A DNA stretch of 64,000 nucleotides from Ramazzottius varieornatus (Eukaryota > Animalia > Tardigrada). The stretch is from NCBI GenBank assembly GCA_001949185.1, contig BDGG01000001.1, forward strand, positions 7,266,149-7,330,148. Direction: 5' to 3'. The notes beneath the pieces were generated by a model, which made no database searches, had not been told where the DNA came from, and worked only from the letters and a program-made list of their open reading frames with translations. Of the stretch, positions 62,835 to 64,000 are shown one piece after another. Numbering within the stretch: position 1 is the first letter of the stretch; every line of letters starts with the position of its first letter. Made by a program: the position numbers and the translations under genes.

Positions 62835-63810
62835 TCAGTTTTGCTGCTTGTTATACCAGCGCTTGTGAACGACACCCTCACATTCGGAAGTCTGCAACAA
62901 ACGAGCACCGCTGTCAGCAAATTGTCAGACCGGCGTTTCCAGGAAAAAAGCTGCAAAAGAGGAAGTAAGGTTTGATACCTTGGCCAGATTCTGCCCATCC
63001 ATCTCGTAGGTATTATGGATGACCTTGTTATGGGCGGGATACTTGACGGTACCCACCAAAGCACCGCCTTGTTCCTCATAGTTGACAGTGATCTGTTGAC
63101 CGTTATAAGATCCGGGAGTCTCTCGGCCGAGGCGGAAAATAACCTGGAATAACAATAAAAGGACACATAGGCCTCCCTGTCCGGAATACCATGCGTATCA
63201 CACGCATGTTATCGCCACGCTTCTCCATTACGGCACAACATGGAGTAATATGAAAGGCGTTACTACATTCGCGTCGGATAAAGCAACATGACATCCGGCT
63301 GGAAGAAAGCTGCCAGGTCCATCAAACTTACATCGTTAATGTAGCCGGCTTCCTCGACCACGATCTTATGATGGTACTTGTCACCCTTCTTGAAGGTCTG
63401 AAGTGTAACGGGTTGATCCTTCTTCATGTTGGGATGGTTCATGTCGACACCTGTTGAACCCGGAAGCGGAAGTTGGAAGCCAGTCAATCAATGACAGTCA
63501 ATCAAGCGTAAGTCTCCGGCTTACCCATGACAGCAAGGTAAGCCTCCAAATTTTGATCCTTCTCTGGGATAGAGCTCCACTTGCCCAGCCAGAATTTCGA
63601 TCTCCAGTCGAAGTTGTCGACATCAGCTGCTAATCGGTTCGGCGGATCATGTTGATCTCCCCAGGTTTCCCCGTGCCAAACGGAGCCTGGCAGGTCGACA
63701 TTGGCGGCATGACTGGCTGCAAAGTTCCGACGACGTTGGGCAGCCGATGGAGCGGGAGCTGCGTTCTGGATGGGTGCCGGATTAGGCTCCACAGTGGGAA
63801 ATAAAGGAGC
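62835..63810 (-). CDS. SAHS: Tardigrade secretory-abundant heat-soluble (SAHS, FABP-like beta-barrel) protein; 5' end unresolved
   Basis: Exons give WRSKFWLGKWSSIPEKDQNLEAYLAVMG|...KKGDKYHHKIVVEEAGYIND|VIFRLGRETPGSYNG...NKVIHNTYEMDGQNLAK|TSECEGVVHKRWYNKQQN. This matches SAHS motifs W.GK.W.GKW, GD.YHH.I and KRWY.K. Confidence 0.92.
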
Positions 63811-64000
63811 TGAAGGTGAGGACAGGAAAAGACTTTGCCAGGACGGCCACGTTGCTGACGGTTGCTCACCCTAAAATCTGGATGGAACGGTGCAAGCCGA
63901 AACAACAGACCATGCGAAGGCTAAGCGTCAGTATCCGCTTCGTCATTCTCCCGCTTCGCCTGATTTGAATAGGACAGAGTAACAGACCAATCCTGGTGCT

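Noticed and set aside
1-64000. tRNA or rRNA genes
   Set aside because: None recognised by eye; tRNAscan-SE or Infernal would be needed to exclude them.

Overview
Intron-rich eukaryotic DNA, most likely from a eutardigrade (Ramazzottius-like). This is inferred from the SAHS (secretory-abundant heat-soluble) gene at the right edge and from many 70-80 nt introns. Host genes: NFAT5-like, ADP/ATP carrier, SLC12A9-like, PLPP6-like, CHTOP, RPL12, MTERF4-like, a BEN-like gene, an atypical MMP (QEIGH instead of HEIGH), a Ly6/three-finger protein, an expansin/loosenin-like DPBB protein (HGT candidate), a BTB-BACK gene and SAHS. About 16-27 kb and 47-62 kb are rich in DNA transposons (hAT with perfect 8-bp TSDs, Tc5/pogo-like, TA-duplicating MITEs, a possible Merlin derivative). 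Two signals are not explained by these features. (1) Two dispersed families of ~50-bp palindromes with conserved arms and almost invariant spacer length (CAAGTGGCGCAC-N25-GTGCGCCACTTG and ACCTGCATAC-N30-GTATGCAGGT) occupy many of the longer introns of host genes, often as tandem pairs. (2) A decayed THAP + PIF1-helicase segment is bounded by ~85-bp direct repeats and carries a nested hAT. Exon boundaries were read by eye and protein identities come from recalled motifs; no database searches were run.
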